Source of the DNA: a virus
Taxonomy: Duplodnaviria > Caudoviricetes
Virus record (IMG/VR): IMGVR_UViG_3300048592_000721
Coordinates: 1-59,644 of that record
Direction: 5' to 3' (one strand)
Length of the DNA: 59,644 bases
The notes beneath the pieces were generated by a model. The model did not search any database. It had not been told where the DNA came from and saw only the letters and a list, made by a program, of their open reading frames with translations. Shown piece after piece: positions 17,574-28,146 of this stretch (position 1 is its first letter; every line of letters begins with the position of its first letter). The translations under genes and the position numbers were made by a program.

Positions 17574-17679
17574 TATAATGCCGCTAATCGACATGGGCAG
17601 GTGAAAACCTATCCCACTCACGCCTGACTGAGTTCACAGAAACCGAGGCGCTCTTAATTGAGCGTCTCGGTTTTTTTTT
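17574..17679 (+). promoter_or_regulatory. head/tail operon leader: extended -10, GCCYGACTGA-N7-GAA motif, terminator
   Basis: TG-C-TATAAT, GCCTGACTGA at 17622, hairpin ACCGAGGCGCTC/GAGCGTCTCGGT followed by a T-tract. Confidence 0.6.
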
Positions 17680-17736
17680 GTTAATTCGGCGGGACATCTA
17701 CGACGCAATGCCAGCGGCAATGGCAGGAGACTCAAA

Positions 17737-18459
17737 ATGAACAACTTACTTCTTCGACCTCGTGTGTTTTATGACGCTAACTCCAGCGGTGGTGGTGGAG
17801 GATCAAACAACGGTTCCAATGGCGACGGAGGGAACGGTCAAGGTCAACAACTTGAAGATTTATTCAAGGTGCTTGAACGCTATCCCCAAGAAGCAAAGGA
17901 CAAGGTTTTTGGCGCACGAGCAACGCAGGCACGGAACAGCGCAATTACGGATTTGCTCAAGGAATTGGGCGTAGAAAGCGCCGAATCCCTGAAAGCCGTC
18001 ATCACGAAGGCAAAAGAAGCCGACGACGCGCAGAAATCCGAACTGCAAAAGGCGCTGGACAAGGCAACTACGGCAGAGAAGGTTCTCGCCGACCAGAAGA
18101 CTGCTCACGATACCGCCCTCGCGGAACTCGAAAAGCGGATTCAGGACAGCGAGATCAAGATCGCCGCCGGGCGCGAAGTCAAGGACAAGGACGGGAAGGT
18201 TATCCGCCCGAAATTCCGTGAAGACGCTCTCGATGTGGTTCTGACCACTCTCGACCGCAAAGCCATTGTCCTGAAAGACGGCGCGTACAACGGCATCGAA
18301 GAAGCCCTGACAGAGTTGGCGACGGCAAAGACCTTCCTGCTGGAAGCGGAGCCGACGACAACCACAAAAGGCTCTCCAACGGACAACAAATTCCGCAAGC
18401 CGAATAAACCAAAATCCAATACGGAGGATGACGAAAAGCCATTCTTCCAAACACTGTAG
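17737..18459 (+). CDS. capsid scaffolding protein
   Basis: Acidic coiled coil with KSELQK motif, upstream of decoration and MCP genes. Confidence 0.7.
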   Translation: MNNLLLRPRVFYDANSSGGGGGSNNGSNGDGGNGQGQQLEDLFKVLERYPQEAKDKVFGARATQARNSAITDLLKELGVESAESLKAVITKAKEADDAQKSELQKALDKATTAEKVLADQKTAHDTALAELEKRIQDSEIKIAAGREVKDKDGKVIRPKFREDALDVVLTTLDRKAIVLKDGAYNGIEEALTELATAKTFLLEAEPTTTTKGSPTDNKFRKPNKPKSNTEDDEKPFFQTL

Positions 18460-18468
18460 GAGATTCTC

Positions 18469-18906
18469 ATGACTGACATTGCACTCGATACCAGTCGCAA
18501 AGTAAACGTGGTCTTTGCTGAGGAAGCGGAGATCCGCGACTTCAAAGAAGCCGAAACCCTCTCTGTGGGCGACTCGGTTTACATCACCGCCGCAGGCAAG
18601 GCTTTGAAAACCAATGCCGACGGCGTAGCCCCCGCGAAAGCGCAGGGGCGTGGGATCGTCACCATGCGCACCGGCTCGACCGTAAGCGTGATGAAAAAGG
18701 GATACCTTGCGGGGTATGACCTTTCAGCGCTCGATTATGACGCGCAGTTGTTCCTCAGCGAGACAGCGGGAAAACTGGCGGACGCTGCCGGGACCATCCC
18801 TGTTCCGTGTGGGCGCGTTTCGTGCCTGACCAACGACAGCCAGACCAAAATTCTGTATGTCGAATTCGACTGGATCAACCAGTTTGCCGCTCCCGAAGGA
18901 GGCTAA
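18469..18906 (+). CDS. head decoration/cement protein
   Basis: AETLSVGDSVYI..G and FLSETAGKL beta-tulip-like pattern. Synteny. Confidence 0.65.
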   Translation: MTDIALDTSRKVNVVFAEEAEIRDFKEAETLSVGDSVYITAAGKALKTNADGVAPAKAQGRGIVTMRTGSTVSVMKKGYLAGYDLSALDYDAQLFLSETAGKLADAAGTIPVPCGRVSCLTNDSQTKILYVEFDWINQFAAPEGG

Positions 18907-18909
18907 CCC

Positions 18910-19989
18910 ATGCCTGCACCTACTACCATCGCCGGTATCCTCGATATTGCGGATTCCGAAAACACTTATGTAAACCAGGTTGGTCAAGTGAATGTGTACG
19001 ATGCCATTGGGGAGTACACAGCATTGCTCAACGCCAACCTCAACCTGATCACCGGTCTTTTTGTCGAGAAAACCACGACCAACGTCCAGTGGACATACCA
19101 CCTGCCCGGTAACCGCCAGTTGCAGCGTCAGGGTGGTATGGCTCGCGCTGGTGAACAGAAGTTCAAGGCTTCGTATGGCGTGGCGCTGCCCATCTTCCAA
19201 TTTGGCGACGCGCTCGGCGGAGATTGGATCAACATGGCGTATATGACCATCGCCGATGTTGACCGCCAGGTGGCTGAAATCAAACTCGGCGCACGGCGTT
19301 TGATGCGTAAGGAAATCCTCACAGCGTTATTCAACAATGCAGACCTATCCTACGATGATTTGAAATGGGATACGTTGACCATTCGCGGCTTGGCGAATGG
19401 CGACTCGGTCTACTACCCGCCTCTGCCTGGCGTGGATGATCTGGCGACTGCCAACCACTATGGCGAGACAAATTATGCAGTCAGCGCGATTGATGACGAC
19501 CACGATCCGATCAAGTGGCACGCGGACAAACTGCACGCCCGCTTCCCCGATGAAATGGACGGCTTGGTTTTCATCGCTGCAAATATGTCGCCTTATGTGA
19601 AAGAACTGACAGCGTTCCTCGAAGTTGGCGACCCGCGCATTGCGAAAGGCGGACTGGCTGACAGGCTGAACGGCTTGCCCGGTGGTTTGCCCGGACGTGT
19701 GATCGGGCGCGCGCATGAAGTTTGGGTCGTCGAGTGGGCGGACGTGCCGAGCAATTACTCGGTCAGCCTTGCGCCGTCCTACGAAAAGCCGCTGCAGAAG
19801 CGCATTGACATCCCCGAAGCGAACCTGCCGAGCGACCTGACTCTCGTCAAGGTCAGCGACAAGTTCCCGCTGGAGAAATCCGATTGGGTGTGGCGCTTCG
19901 GTCTCGGCGTGGTCAACCGTCTCAACGGCTTTGTGCTGGAATGCGGTACTGGTGGAACCTACACCGTGCCGACCAGCCTCGTTCGCTAA
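18910..19989 (+). CDS. major capsid protein
   Basis: 359 aa. Synteny and C-terminal RFGLGVVNR typical of HK97-fold MCPs. Confidence 0.72.
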   Translation: MPAPTTIAGILDIADSENTYVNQVGQVNVYDAIGEYTALLNANLNLITGLFVEKTTTNVQWTYHLPGNRQLQRQGGMARAGEQKFKASYGVALPIFQFGDALGGDWINMAYMTIADVDRQVAEIKLGARRLMRKEILTALFNNADLSYDDLKWDTLTIRGLANGDSVYYPPLPGVDDLATANHYGETNYAVSAIDDDHDPIKWHADKLHARFPDEMDGLVFIAANMSPYVKELTAFLEVGDPRIAKGGLADRLNGLPGGLPGRVIGRAHEVWVVEWADVPSNYSVSLAPSYEKPLQKRIDIPEANLPSDLTLVKVSDKFPLEKSDWVWRFGLGVVNRLNGFVLECGTGGTYTVPTSLVR

Positions 19990-19999
19990 CAGGTGACGC

Positions 20000-20239
20000 A
20001 TGGCTACCGAATTAGCAATGGCAATGCGCCGCTTGAAGGCGCAAGAAACACTGGTACGGCATGTGGCTGACCTCAATCGCAAGATGGATTTGGTCATGGC
20101 GAAACTCGGCATTGTGGAGGAAGTCCCTGGTGACTCCGTAGCGGTTGAAGCCACAGACGAAGCACCTGCCGCTGTGGTCGAACCCAAGGCGGATAAAGTC
20201 CCTGCCGTCGTGGTCGAACCGAAATCCAAGAAGAAGTAA
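20000..20239 (+). CDS. hypothetical protein with PA(A/V)VVEPK repeat
   Basis: ORF after MCP, followed by hairpin 20245-20273. Confidence 0.6.
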   Translation: MATELAMAMRRLKAQETLVRHVADLNRKMDLVMAKLGIVEEVPGDSVAVEATDEAPAAVVEPKADKVPAVVVEPKSKKK

Positions 20240-20295
20240 CCACGAGCGGGACGGGATGATCCCCGTCCCGCTTATTAAATTATCTGGATAAGAAA

Positions 20296-20727
20296 ATGGC
20301 ACTTACCCGCGCACAAATCGAATCCGTATTGGTCTCGCGCTGCAAGAAGCGCATGGAGTTTGTCGAGTTTGCGATTACGACAAACGGAAGCAATACTGAC
20401 CTGAATGACCCGATCTGCACTGCGTTGCAGATCATGGGTATCAACCCCGCGAATATCGCCATCATCACTGATAGCGACCTTGTAACCGTGACGGACGCCG
20501 CGAAACTCTGTGATCTGGCTGAGGTTAGGTTGCTGGAAAATATCCTGGGAAACTCGGATAAGGTCACGCTTCAAGCTGCCAGTGGGACCGAGCATTTTAG
20601 CAATTTCAATGATGCGCTGGAAAAGATGATTGCGCGAAAGCAAGCCGAAGTCCAGAAAAAATACGGCGTAGGCTTGGGAAGCCTGCAATCTGGCAAATTA
20701 AGCATGTCCTTCCAATCAAAGCCATGA
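20296..20727 (+). CDS. head-tail adaptor
   Basis: Synteny and size. Confidence 0.5.
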   Translation: MALTRAQIESVLVSRCKKRMEFVEFAITTNGSNTDLNDPICTALQIMGINPANIAIITDSDLVTVTDAAKLCDLAEVRLLENILGNSDKVTLQAASGTEHFSNFNDALEKMIARKQAEVQKKYGVGLGSLQSGKLSMSFQSKP

Positions 20728-21131
20728 TTACCAATACCCCAATGACCGTCTACAACAAGTATGTCGAGAGCCGCGCCGAAAAATACCAGCGCACGGTGAT
20801 CTCGGCTGTGCTGTGGGACTCATCCAGCGCGACGGTCAAACGAAAGTCTGCCGACGTGCAGGATAACAAGGCGGTCATTGCCATACCGTTCTCCGTGGGT
20901 GCGGCGTACAAAACTGCCAAAGCCTGGGCTGCGCTTGTAGCCAAGACTGCAAACTGGACGCTGCAAGAGGGCGACGTGGTCGTGCGCGGAAGCGTGACAG
21001 ATGAAATTTCCAGCTTGTTTACCATGTCGGCGTTGCGTGCCAAATATGACGATGTTCTTGAAATCGTCTCGGTCAGCCGCATGGATCAGGGTTCGCCGAA
21101 TACTCATCATTGGGAGATTCTCTGCAAATGA
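20724..21131 (+). CDS. head closure protein (DUF6751-like)
   Basis: WTLQEGDVVVRG and HHWEI motifs. Synteny. Confidence 0.6.
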   Translation: MITNTPMTVYNKYVESRAEKYQRTVISAVLWDSSSATVKRKSADVQDNKAVIAIPFSVGAAYKTAKAWAALVAKTANWTLQEGDVVVRGSVTDEISSLFTMSALRAKYDDVLEIVSVSRMDQGSPNTHHWEILCK

Positions 21132-21523
21132 CCCCTCCGAAAATTATTATCCCTCGCGGTGCCATCTTCCAAACCAAAAGCGGCAAGGCAAAGCTGGAAT
21201 GGAATACCACCTTTCAGCGGTGGCAGGGAAACTTCTCTGCTGCTCAGCGTTTCGTTGATAGCGAAGTGCTGAGATTATCAGAACCGTATATACCGCTCTT
21301 GACCTCGATGCTCATCAAGTCGGGCATTTTGGGAACGGACATTGGCTCTGGTTTGGTCGAATGGATTGCCCCTTACGCGAAGGCGCAGTATTTCAGCAAG
21401 CGCAAGCCTGGCAGTCAAACGGGACCGCTGCGGGGTCCGCTATGGTTCGAGCGTATGAAACCTGTCCACCGTAACAGAATTGTTGCTGGTGCGCGGCGGA
21501 TTGCAGGGAGCGGCGCAAGATGA
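21128..21523 (+). CDS. neck/minor capsid protein
   Basis: PYIPLLT, APYAKAQY and RGPLWFERMK motifs. Confidence 0.7.
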   Translation: MTPPKIIIPRGAIFQTKSGKAKLEWNTTFQRWQGNFSAAQRFVDSEVLRLSEPYIPLLTSMLIKSGILGTDIGSGLVEWIAPYAKAQYFSKRKPGSQTGPLRGPLWFERMKPVHRNRIVAGARRIAGSGAR

Positions 21524-21933
21524 GCATGATTACCGCTGTGCGTAATTTCCTGCTGAATTATCCGCCTATGGCTGACAGCCTGATCCATGTGGATGCGCTT
21601 GGAGAAAACCCAACCGAATACGCCGTGATTCCGCTGCCTGGTGATCGTAAGAAAAAGCAGTATCTGGATGGCGGCTCGGATCGTGAATATCCCTTCTTGA
21701 TTCAATCCGTGGAGTCCACAGCCGACGAATTGGAGCGCCTCGAAAACAGCGGCTTTTACGAGGTGCTTGCAGATTGGCTGGAGGATCAAACCGAAGCGGG
21801 CAACCTGCCAGCCCTGAGCGCAGGCAAGACCGCAGAATCCATTGAAGCCGTTTCGTGGGGCTTTGTCTACGAACAAGGCGCAAGCGACACGGGAATCTAT
21901 CAAATCACGTGCGTTTTGAAATATGAGCAATAA
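21520..21933 (+). CDS. tail terminator protein
   Basis: Synteny before tail tube. GNLPAL and YQITCVLKY. Confidence 0.6.
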   Translation: MSMITAVRNFLLNYPPMADSLIHVDALGENPTEYAVIPLPGDRKKKQYLDGGSDREYPFLIQSVESTADELERLENSGFYEVLADWLEDQTEAGNLPALSAGKTAESIEAVSWGFVYEQGASDTGIYQITCVLKYEQ

Positions 21934-21945
21934 CAGGAGTAAAGC

Positions 21946-22428
21946 ATGACTACGAAAATCAAAAGTTCACAGGTGAAAACCTTCCTCAATACCACGCCTT
22001 CCACCACAGCGACCTACAACCTAATTGGGGACGGCGTGCCCTCGCTGGAAACAGACTACAGCCCGAAGACCACCGAGGAAACCTACGTCCATCAGGACAA
22101 TGGCAGCATCAGTGTTGACAGTTACGCTCCCAAGATTTCCGTTGAACAGACTGCAAAACTTGGAGATGCCGCATTTGCCTTCATTGATGGTTTACGGCAA
22201 AGCCGCGCAGTGCAAGGCGACGCGGAAACGGATATTGTCGATGTCTGGCTCTATGAAACACCCGCAGAGGGAGCGTATCCTGCCGAGAAGCAGCCTGTCG
22301 CCATTCAAATCGACAGCATGACGCGCGAAGGCGGCGTGCCGATGAAGATTAAGTACACCATCAACTACGTCGGTGATCCCATTCTCGGCACTTTCAACCC
22401 GACCACTGGCGCGTTCACCGCTTCCTAA
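21946..22428 (+). CDS. tail tube (major tail) protein
   Basis: A118-like tail tube pattern (YSPKTTEETYV, GTFNPTTGAFT). Confidence 0.72.
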   Translation: MTTKIKSSQVKTFLNTTPSTTATYNLIGDGVPSLETDYSPKTTEETYVHQDNGSISVDSYAPKISVEQTAKLGDAAFAFIDGLRQSRAVQGDAETDIVDVWLYETPAEGAYPAEKQPVAIQIDSMTREGGVPMKIKYTINYVGDPILGTFNPTTGAFTAS

Positions 22429-22478
22429 CCAATAGCGATGAAGGATGAGTAATCATCCTTCATCTGCATGAGGATCAC

Positions 22479-22928
22479 ATGGAAAAAACCCTTCAAATCA
22501 ACACTGGAATAGTAGACCTGGCGATTGTCCGCGACGGGATCAGTGTTGGCACGCTTTCATTCAATCCGACTGATACCCTGTTTGCTGAGCGCTTTTATGC
22601 CTTGCTTGGCGAACTGCAAAAGAACCTCAAAGAATATAAAGAGCGCGGCATCGAACTAAGCAAAAATGGCAATGACAAAGACGGGGTGCCGGTAAACGTA
22701 GAAGCGCATATTGCCCTACAAATCGAGTTGTGTAACTACCTCCGCGAAAAGACAGACAAGATTTTCGGCGAAGGCACTGCTCAAAAACTTTTCGGCGAAG
22801 TCCGCAATCTCGAAGTTTATCAACAGTTCTTTGACGGGATTCTTCCGTTCTTCCAGCAGGCGCGCGCTGAGAAAGTTGCGAAGTACACCACGAATGCCAG
22901 CGTAAAGCGTAACAGGAGAAAACGATGA
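22479..22928 (+). CDS. tail assembly chaperone
   Basis: FNPTD..F and DKIFGEGTAQKLFG. Synteny. Confidence 0.7.
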   Translation: MEKTLQINTGIVDLAIVRDGISVGTLSFNPTDTLFAERFYALLGELQKNLKEYKERGIELSKNGNDKDGVPVNVEAHIALQIELCNYLREKTDKIFGEGTAQKLFGEVRNLEVYQQFFDGILPFFQQARAEKVAKYTTNASVKRNRRKR

Positions 22929-23239
22929 CAGAGTCGCCGAAATACCTTGTGACAGTTGTTTCAACGCGGGGCATGATCAGCCGTTCTGCGCCGACCCCTA
23001 CTGCGGGAAAGTCCAGAGACTTGCCTGTTGGGTCTGTTCATTTTTGTTACGAAATCACCTCTATGATGGACGGGGTTTTGTATGCGCGGCTTTCACCTGT
23101 TGGCGTAAAACCAGAATGGGCGCGGGTACAAGAGCGAGACGGCTCGATAGTCTACCTGACCTATGCGGCTTACGAAAGTGAAGCATCCCAAATTATCGCC
23201 GTGCTGAATCGGATCGCCATCGCGCTTGAAAAACAGTGA
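22925..23239 (+). CDS. hypothetical protein (SH3-like?)
   Basis: Overlaps both neighbouring genes (ATGA/GTGA coupling). Confidence 0.5.
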   Translation: MTESPKYLVTVVSTRGMISRSAPTPTAGKSRDLPVGSVHFCYEITSMMDGVLYARLSPVGVKPEWARVQERDGSIVYLTYAAYESEASQIIAVLNRIAIALEKQ

Positions 23240-23808
23240 ACATTCTCGTTGATAGTCTGCCTGAGACAGTCGAAATCGGCGGCAGGGTGTACCAACTCAA
23301 CACCGATTTCCGACCATGCCTAAGAACCATTATGGCGTGCGAGGATGCGAGTTTGACGGGGTACGAAAAAGCGCTGGTAATTCTTGCCAACCTTTTTCCA
23401 GAAATCCCCGACGACATCGACTCCGCGCTGGAGAAAGCCCAATGGTTTCTTGACGGCGGGGAACGCCAGCAAGAGACCGAAGAGCGACATCCACGAGTCT
23501 ATGCGTTTACGAAGGATGCGAACTTCATTTTCGCGGCGTTTCGCCAAACACACGGAATCGACCTGCAAATCGAGAACCTCCATTGGTGGAAGTTCATTGC
23601 GCTTTTTATGGATGTAGGAGGCGAAACAACCTTTAGTCAGCTTACCGCTCTCCGCAAGCGTGTAAAAACAGGCAAGGCGACAAAGGAAGAACGCGCCGCG
23701 GCGAAAGAACTGGGAGATGTCTTTGACATCGAAGACGCAGAGACTCGTACTCTGGAAGACCTCGAAGCCGAAGAAGAATTTATGAAGGCGTTGAATTTGC
23801 GCCAATAA
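23236..23808 (+). CDS. Gp15-family tail assembly protein
   Basis: LNTDFR and IFAAFRQTHGIDL...LHWWKF motifs. Confidence 0.85.
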   Translation: MNILVDSLPETVEIGGRVYQLNTDFRPCLRTIMACEDASLTGYEKALVILANLFPEIPDDIDSALEKAQWFLDGGERQQETEERHPRVYAFTKDANFIFAAFRQTHGIDLQIENLHWWKFIALFMDVGGETTFSQLTALRKRVKTGKATKEERAAAKELGDVFDIEDAETRTLEDLEAEEEFMKALNLRQ

Positions 23809-23819
23809 CAGGAAACATA

Positions 23820-26090
23820 ATGTCCGCAGGATACGACGGAAGTATCAGAATCGATACAAGCATCAACAGTAGCGGCTTTAACAAGGGCGTCAAAGGAATG
23901 ATGACCTCGTTGAAGTCTCTGGCTATTGCCATCGGAATCGCGTTCAGCATTGGCGCGGTGATCGCTTTTGGCAATGCGTCTGTTGCTGCGGCAAGCGAGA
24001 TTCAGTCTGCGTTCATCGGCTTGCAGTCCATCGTAGAAGGACAGGGTAAATCCTTCTCAGGCGCAAAAGATTACATCAACGAATATATTTCCGATGGTCT
24101 TGTTCCTGCGGCAAATGCCGTGACCGCCTACAAGAACCTGCTCATGCGCGGATATTCCACTGACCAGATCGAAACGGTCATGGGTGCGCTGAAAAACTCT
24201 GCCGCGTTTGGACGGCAGGCGTCGCTCACGATGGGTCAGGCTGTACAGAGCGCTACCGAAGGTCTCAAAAACGAAAACTCCATCCTTGTCGATAACGCGG
24301 GCGTGACCAAAAACGTCTCGATGATGTGGAAGGATTACGCCCTTTCCATCGGGACAACCGTCAACGCTCTGACCAAAGAACAGAAGATCGAAGCCGAGGT
24401 ACAGGGGATTTTGCAAGAGACCCGCTTCCAGATGGGCGATGCCGCGAAACTGGCGCAGACCTACGGCGGGCGCATGTCTGCGTTGGGCGTTTCGTTTACG
24501 AACCTCAAAGTCGCCATCGGCAATTCGATTATTCCTGTCATCAATCAGGTTGTGCCTTACATCAAAGCTGCCATTGATGCGCTGACCATCTTTTTCAATC
24601 AGGTCGCGTTGATCATGAACGCGCTATTCGGGTCGAATGTCTCGATGGCGTCTGTCGCGTCCGAAATGCAAACAGCCTCAGGAGGAATGACCGAGGTCGC
24701 CGACAGTACACAGAACGCTGCCGATGCTCAGGGCAACCTTGCCAAGAACACCGCAAAGGCGGGCAAAGCGGCAAAGGGCGCTTTGGCGGCTTTCGACCAG
24801 TTGAATGTCTTACAGCAGGATACCGAGTCATCTGGAGCGGGAGGCGGAGCAACCAATATCCCCACAACGCCCGCAGGCATTGGCGGAGGTTTGGATATCC
24901 CCGTCGGCATGGATGCTGGATTATCTGCCCTGCAGGAACGGGTCGCCGCGTTCAAAGCCAAGTTCATTACCTTTATCCAGCCTGTGAACGATGCTTTGGG
25001 ACGGCTAAAAGAGTCCCTGTTACCTCTCGGTATGACAATCTGGTCCGGGCTGAAATGGGCGTGGGATAACATTTTGGTTCCGCTCGGCGCGTGGGCAATC
25101 ACTGATTTGCTCCCTGCGTTTCTGGATCTGCTTGGTGGAGCCGCAGAATTACTCAATGGCATCCTGATTGCCTTACAGCCTATATGGATGTGGTTTTGGG
25201 AGAATGTCCTTCGCCCGCTGGCAGAATGGACAGGTGGTGCAATCGTAGACTTTATCCTGTGGCTTGCCTACGGGCTGAAAGTCCTTGGCGACTGGATCAC
25301 GCAAAACGGGACGAGTGTTTTTGCCATCGTAGGGGTAATAGCCGCGATTGTCGGAGTGCTTTGGTTGCTCAACGCTGTTGTCGGCGTGATAAATGCTGCC
25401 ATCGCAACCTATAACAGCGTCATGGCTGTTGCCGCTCTTGTAACTGGAGCGATTTCTTTGCCTATATTGGCTATCATCGCCCTAATTGTGGGCTTGGCGG
25501 TGGTCATCTATTTGCTTATCACCCGATGGGAAGAATTATCCACAACAGTAGAACAAATCGGTTTCCTCATTTCGTACTATGTCACACAGGCGGCAACGTC
25601 AATGCGTGATTCGTTCTTTGCCGCCATGGATTCAATCGAGGCGAAATTTGGAGTTTTCGGGAAAATACTAACCACAATTATCAAAGCAGTCGTAAACACC
25701 ATTATCGACCAAATCAACATAATGCTCAGCCTGTTAACCGCAGGGTTGAATCTGTTTGTTACAGGCGCGAACACACTTGGCGGCGTTGTACCTGGATTCG
25801 AAACGATTCCCGTTTTGACTGCTCCGAAAATCCCACGTCTGGCGACAGGAGCCGTCATCCCGCCCAATGCTGAATTTGCCGCGATTCTTGGAGATCAAAA
25901 ACGAGGGGTGAACATCGAAGCCCCTGCGGATCTAATCCGCCAGATCGTGCGTGAGGAAGTTGGAAGTTCAGGGACAAATATAAGCATATCTTTTGAGGGT
26001 ACGCTTGGCGCGTTGGTGCGCGAACTTCGCCCGCACATCGAAAAGGAAACCATTCGTTATGGCGGGTCGCTGGCGAAAGGGGTCTCATGA
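23820..26090 (+). CDS. tape measure protein
   Basis: YDGSIRIDT start, AAFDQLNVL, W-periodic repeats and IPRLATGAVIPPN. Confidence 0.9.
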   Translation: MSAGYDGSIRIDTSINSSGFNKGVKGMMTSLKSLAIAIGIAFSIGAVIAFGNASVAAASEIQSAFIGLQSIVEGQGKSFSGAKDYINEYISDGLVPAANAVTAYKNLLMRGYSTDQIETVMGALKNSAAFGRQASLTMGQAVQSATEGLKNENSILVDNAGVTKNVSMMWKDYALSIGTTVNALTKEQKIEAEVQGILQETRFQMGDAAKLAQTYGGRMSALGVSFTNLKVAIGNSIIPVINQVVPYIKAAIDALTIFFNQVALIMNALFGSNVSMASVASEMQTASGGMTEVADSTQNAADAQGNLAKNTAKAGKAAKGALAAFDQLNVLQQDTESSGAGGGATNIPTTPAGIGGGLDIPVGMDAGLSALQERVAAFKAKFITFIQPVNDALGRLKESLLPLGMTIWSGLKWAWDNILVPLGAWAITDLLPAFLDLLGGAAELLNGILIALQPIWMWFWENVLRPLAEWTGGAIVDFILWLAYGLKVLGDWITQNGTSVFAIVGVIAAIVGVLWLLNAVVGVINAAIATYNSVMAVAALVTGAISLPILAIIALIVGLAVVIYLLITRWEELSTTVEQIGFLISYYVTQAATSMRDSFFAAMDSIEAKFGVFGKILTTIIKAVVNTIIDQINIMLSLLTAGLNLFVTGANTLGGVVPGFETIPVLTAPKIPRLATGAVIPPNAEFAAILGDQKRGVNIEAPADLIRQIVREEVGSSGTNISISFEGTLGALVRELRPHIEKETIRYGGSLAKGVS

Positions 26091-26455
26091 TAACGATAGA
26101 TAGCATTACCTTCAATATTCCACTCAAAGTGATCAACCGCAAAGTTGAAATGCTTTACAAACGTGCGGAGCGCACGGAAAACGGCGTGCTGCGCTCCGAA
26201 CTAATTGGCGTTTACTTCAACTACGATTTAGAGGCAGGTATGTCTGCCAGAAACGTCAGTGACTATGCGGCGCTATGGCTGAAAATCACAGAACCTGTAG
26301 AGAACCATACCATCGTAATGCCAGATGTGGGCGGATCCAGAACTTTCGAAGCATATTTCGCAAATATTCGAGACGAAGTCGCCAAAACTGGCACCACAAA
26401 CTATTTTCGGAACCTGGCATTTTCCGTGATTGCAACTTCACCGGCAAGAACATGA
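26087..26455 (+). CDS. distal tail/hub protein
   Basis: AERTENG..ELIGVYFNY pattern. Follows TMP. Confidence 0.6.
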   Translation: MITIDSITFNIPLKVINRKVEMLYKRAERTENGVLRSELIGVYFNYDLEAGMSARNVSDYAALWLKITEPVENHTIVMPDVGGSRTFEAYFANIRDEVAKTGTTNYFRNLAFSVIATSPART

Positions 26456-28146
26456 AAACATCTTCAAAGGTTACTTTTGGTCTGTATGACCTCGAAATTC
26501 GGCAGGACGGGACGCCCGCTTACGAAGGCGACCTGCAACCGTTTGCCAAGGTCAATGACCTGGTGACAGGGAATATCGCCTCGTTGCCCTATGCCACATT
26601 CGAGCCTGACTTCTGGCTGCTGGACGGCAGATATAAATTCATGCCGCCGACTGCCTCGATGGTCCACGTTGGAATCATGAGCCTGCACCAAAGCGGCGCG
26701 GATGGGATGTTTGCCGTTCATCCTGTTTTGACTGTGACATTCAGCGAAGCCCACACCACTGACGGGTTGATTTTGCACTTCTCTCCGCTCACGAACGATT
26801 ATGCCAGTTCCATCGAAGTTACCTATTTCAACGAGGCGGACGACGCTATCTTCTACGGTGTGTACGCGCCCAACTCTGCCGACTACGAAATTGACTTTGA
26901 CGTGACCGACTTCACGCGGCTGGAAATCAAATTCAAAGCCACGAACAAGCCGTTCCGGTATTTGCGGCTGACAGGATTGGATTATGGACAGTTGATCGAG
27001 TTTACGAGCGACGATATCAAAGCGCTGAGCATAGTCGAAGAAATCGACCCCATTAGCCTGAGAGTCCCCATCAACACCGCCGAATTGCAACTTCACTCAA
27101 ATGACGACATGTTTTCCATCTTCAATGATGAAGGCTATTACTCGCGGCTCTCGAAACGCCAGCCGCTTTCGATGTACGGAATCATCGACGGTACGCAGGT
27201 ATTCATGGGACAGTATTATCTCGACGAGTGGAAAAATAGAGGCACGAAGCACACTGAATTCTACTGTGTCGATTTGGTCGGAATTTTGGAGCGTGCGCCC
27301 TATCGTGGTGGAATGTTCAACGGAGAACTGGCGGGCGATGTAATTGACGCCATGCTCGAAGCTGCGTCCATCCCTTACGATTTAGATGAAGACCTATATG
27401 ACCTGCCACTCAGAGGCTGGATACCCTACTCCTCCTGCCGCGAGGGGTTACAGCAGATCGCCTTCGTGATCGGCGCAACGGTGGATTGTAGTCGTTCTTA
27501 CGCGCTGAAAATCTATAAATCTACGTTGGCGTTAGAGCAGACGAACCCGGCAGAACTGACACGCGCAATGCAGATGATGAATGCAACAGTTGAGTTGAAG
27601 CCGTTGGTGACTGGCGTGGAACTGACAGCACACCAATATCTCGAAGGAAATGACACGCTCAATCTGTTTGATTCAACGCTGGAATACGGACTGCACGAGA
27701 TTCAATTCAACCAGCCAGCACACACGCTTTCAGTTACTGGTGCGACGCTAGTCACAAGCGGAGTTAATTATGCAGTCGTAAGTGTGGCGAGTTCTAGCGC
27801 GACGGTAATTCTCACGGGTAAAAATTATATAGACACCACGCGGTTGTTTAGTGTATCCACTCCGGGTCTGAATAGATATGTCACCCCGAATGTACTTAAG
27901 ATAGACGATGCCACCCTGGTAAGTCCATCGAATGGCATGGCTCTGTGCCAGCGAGTCCATAACTACACACAAATGCGATACTGGCAAAAGCTCAAACTCT
28001 ATGGAGCGTTCTTCGAGGCTGGTCAGACCGTGCTTTCAGACGCGACCGCTTCGAATCAGAAGGTCAAAGGCTGTGTTGAGAAGATGACTGTAAACCTAAC
28101 AGGCGGCTTTGCGTGCAATCTCGATATTGTAGGGGTGAAAGTATGA
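26452..28146 (+). CDS. baseplate hub/tail tip protein
   Basis: Start MKTSSK overlaps the previous stop. Synteny. Confidence 0.6.
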   Translation: MKTSSKVTFGLYDLEIRQDGTPAYEGDLQPFAKVNDLVTGNIASLPYATFEPDFWLLDGRYKFMPPTASMVHVGIMSLHQSGADGMFAVHPVLTVTFSEAHTTDGLILHFSPLTNDYASSIEVTYFNEADDAIFYGVYAPNSADYEIDFDVTDFTRLEIKFKATNKPFRYLRLTGLDYGQLIEFTSDDIKALSIVEEIDPISLRVPINTAELQLHSNDDMFSIFNDEGYYSRLSKRQPLSMYGIIDGTQVFMGQYYLDEWKNRGTKHTEFYCVDLVGILERAPYRGGMFNGELAGDVIDAMLEAASIPYDLDEDLYDLPLRGWIPYSSCREGLQQIAFVIGATVDCSRSYALKIYKSTLALEQTNPAELTRAMQMMNATVELKPLVTGVELTAHQYLEGNDTLNLFDSTLEYGLHEIQFNQPAHTLSVTGATLVTSGVNYAVVSVASSSATVILTGKNYIDTTRLFSVSTPGLNRYVTPNVLKIDDATLVSPSNGMALCQRVHNYTQMRYWQKLKLYGAFFEAGQTVLSDATASNQKVKGCVEKMTVNLTGGFACNLDIVGVKV

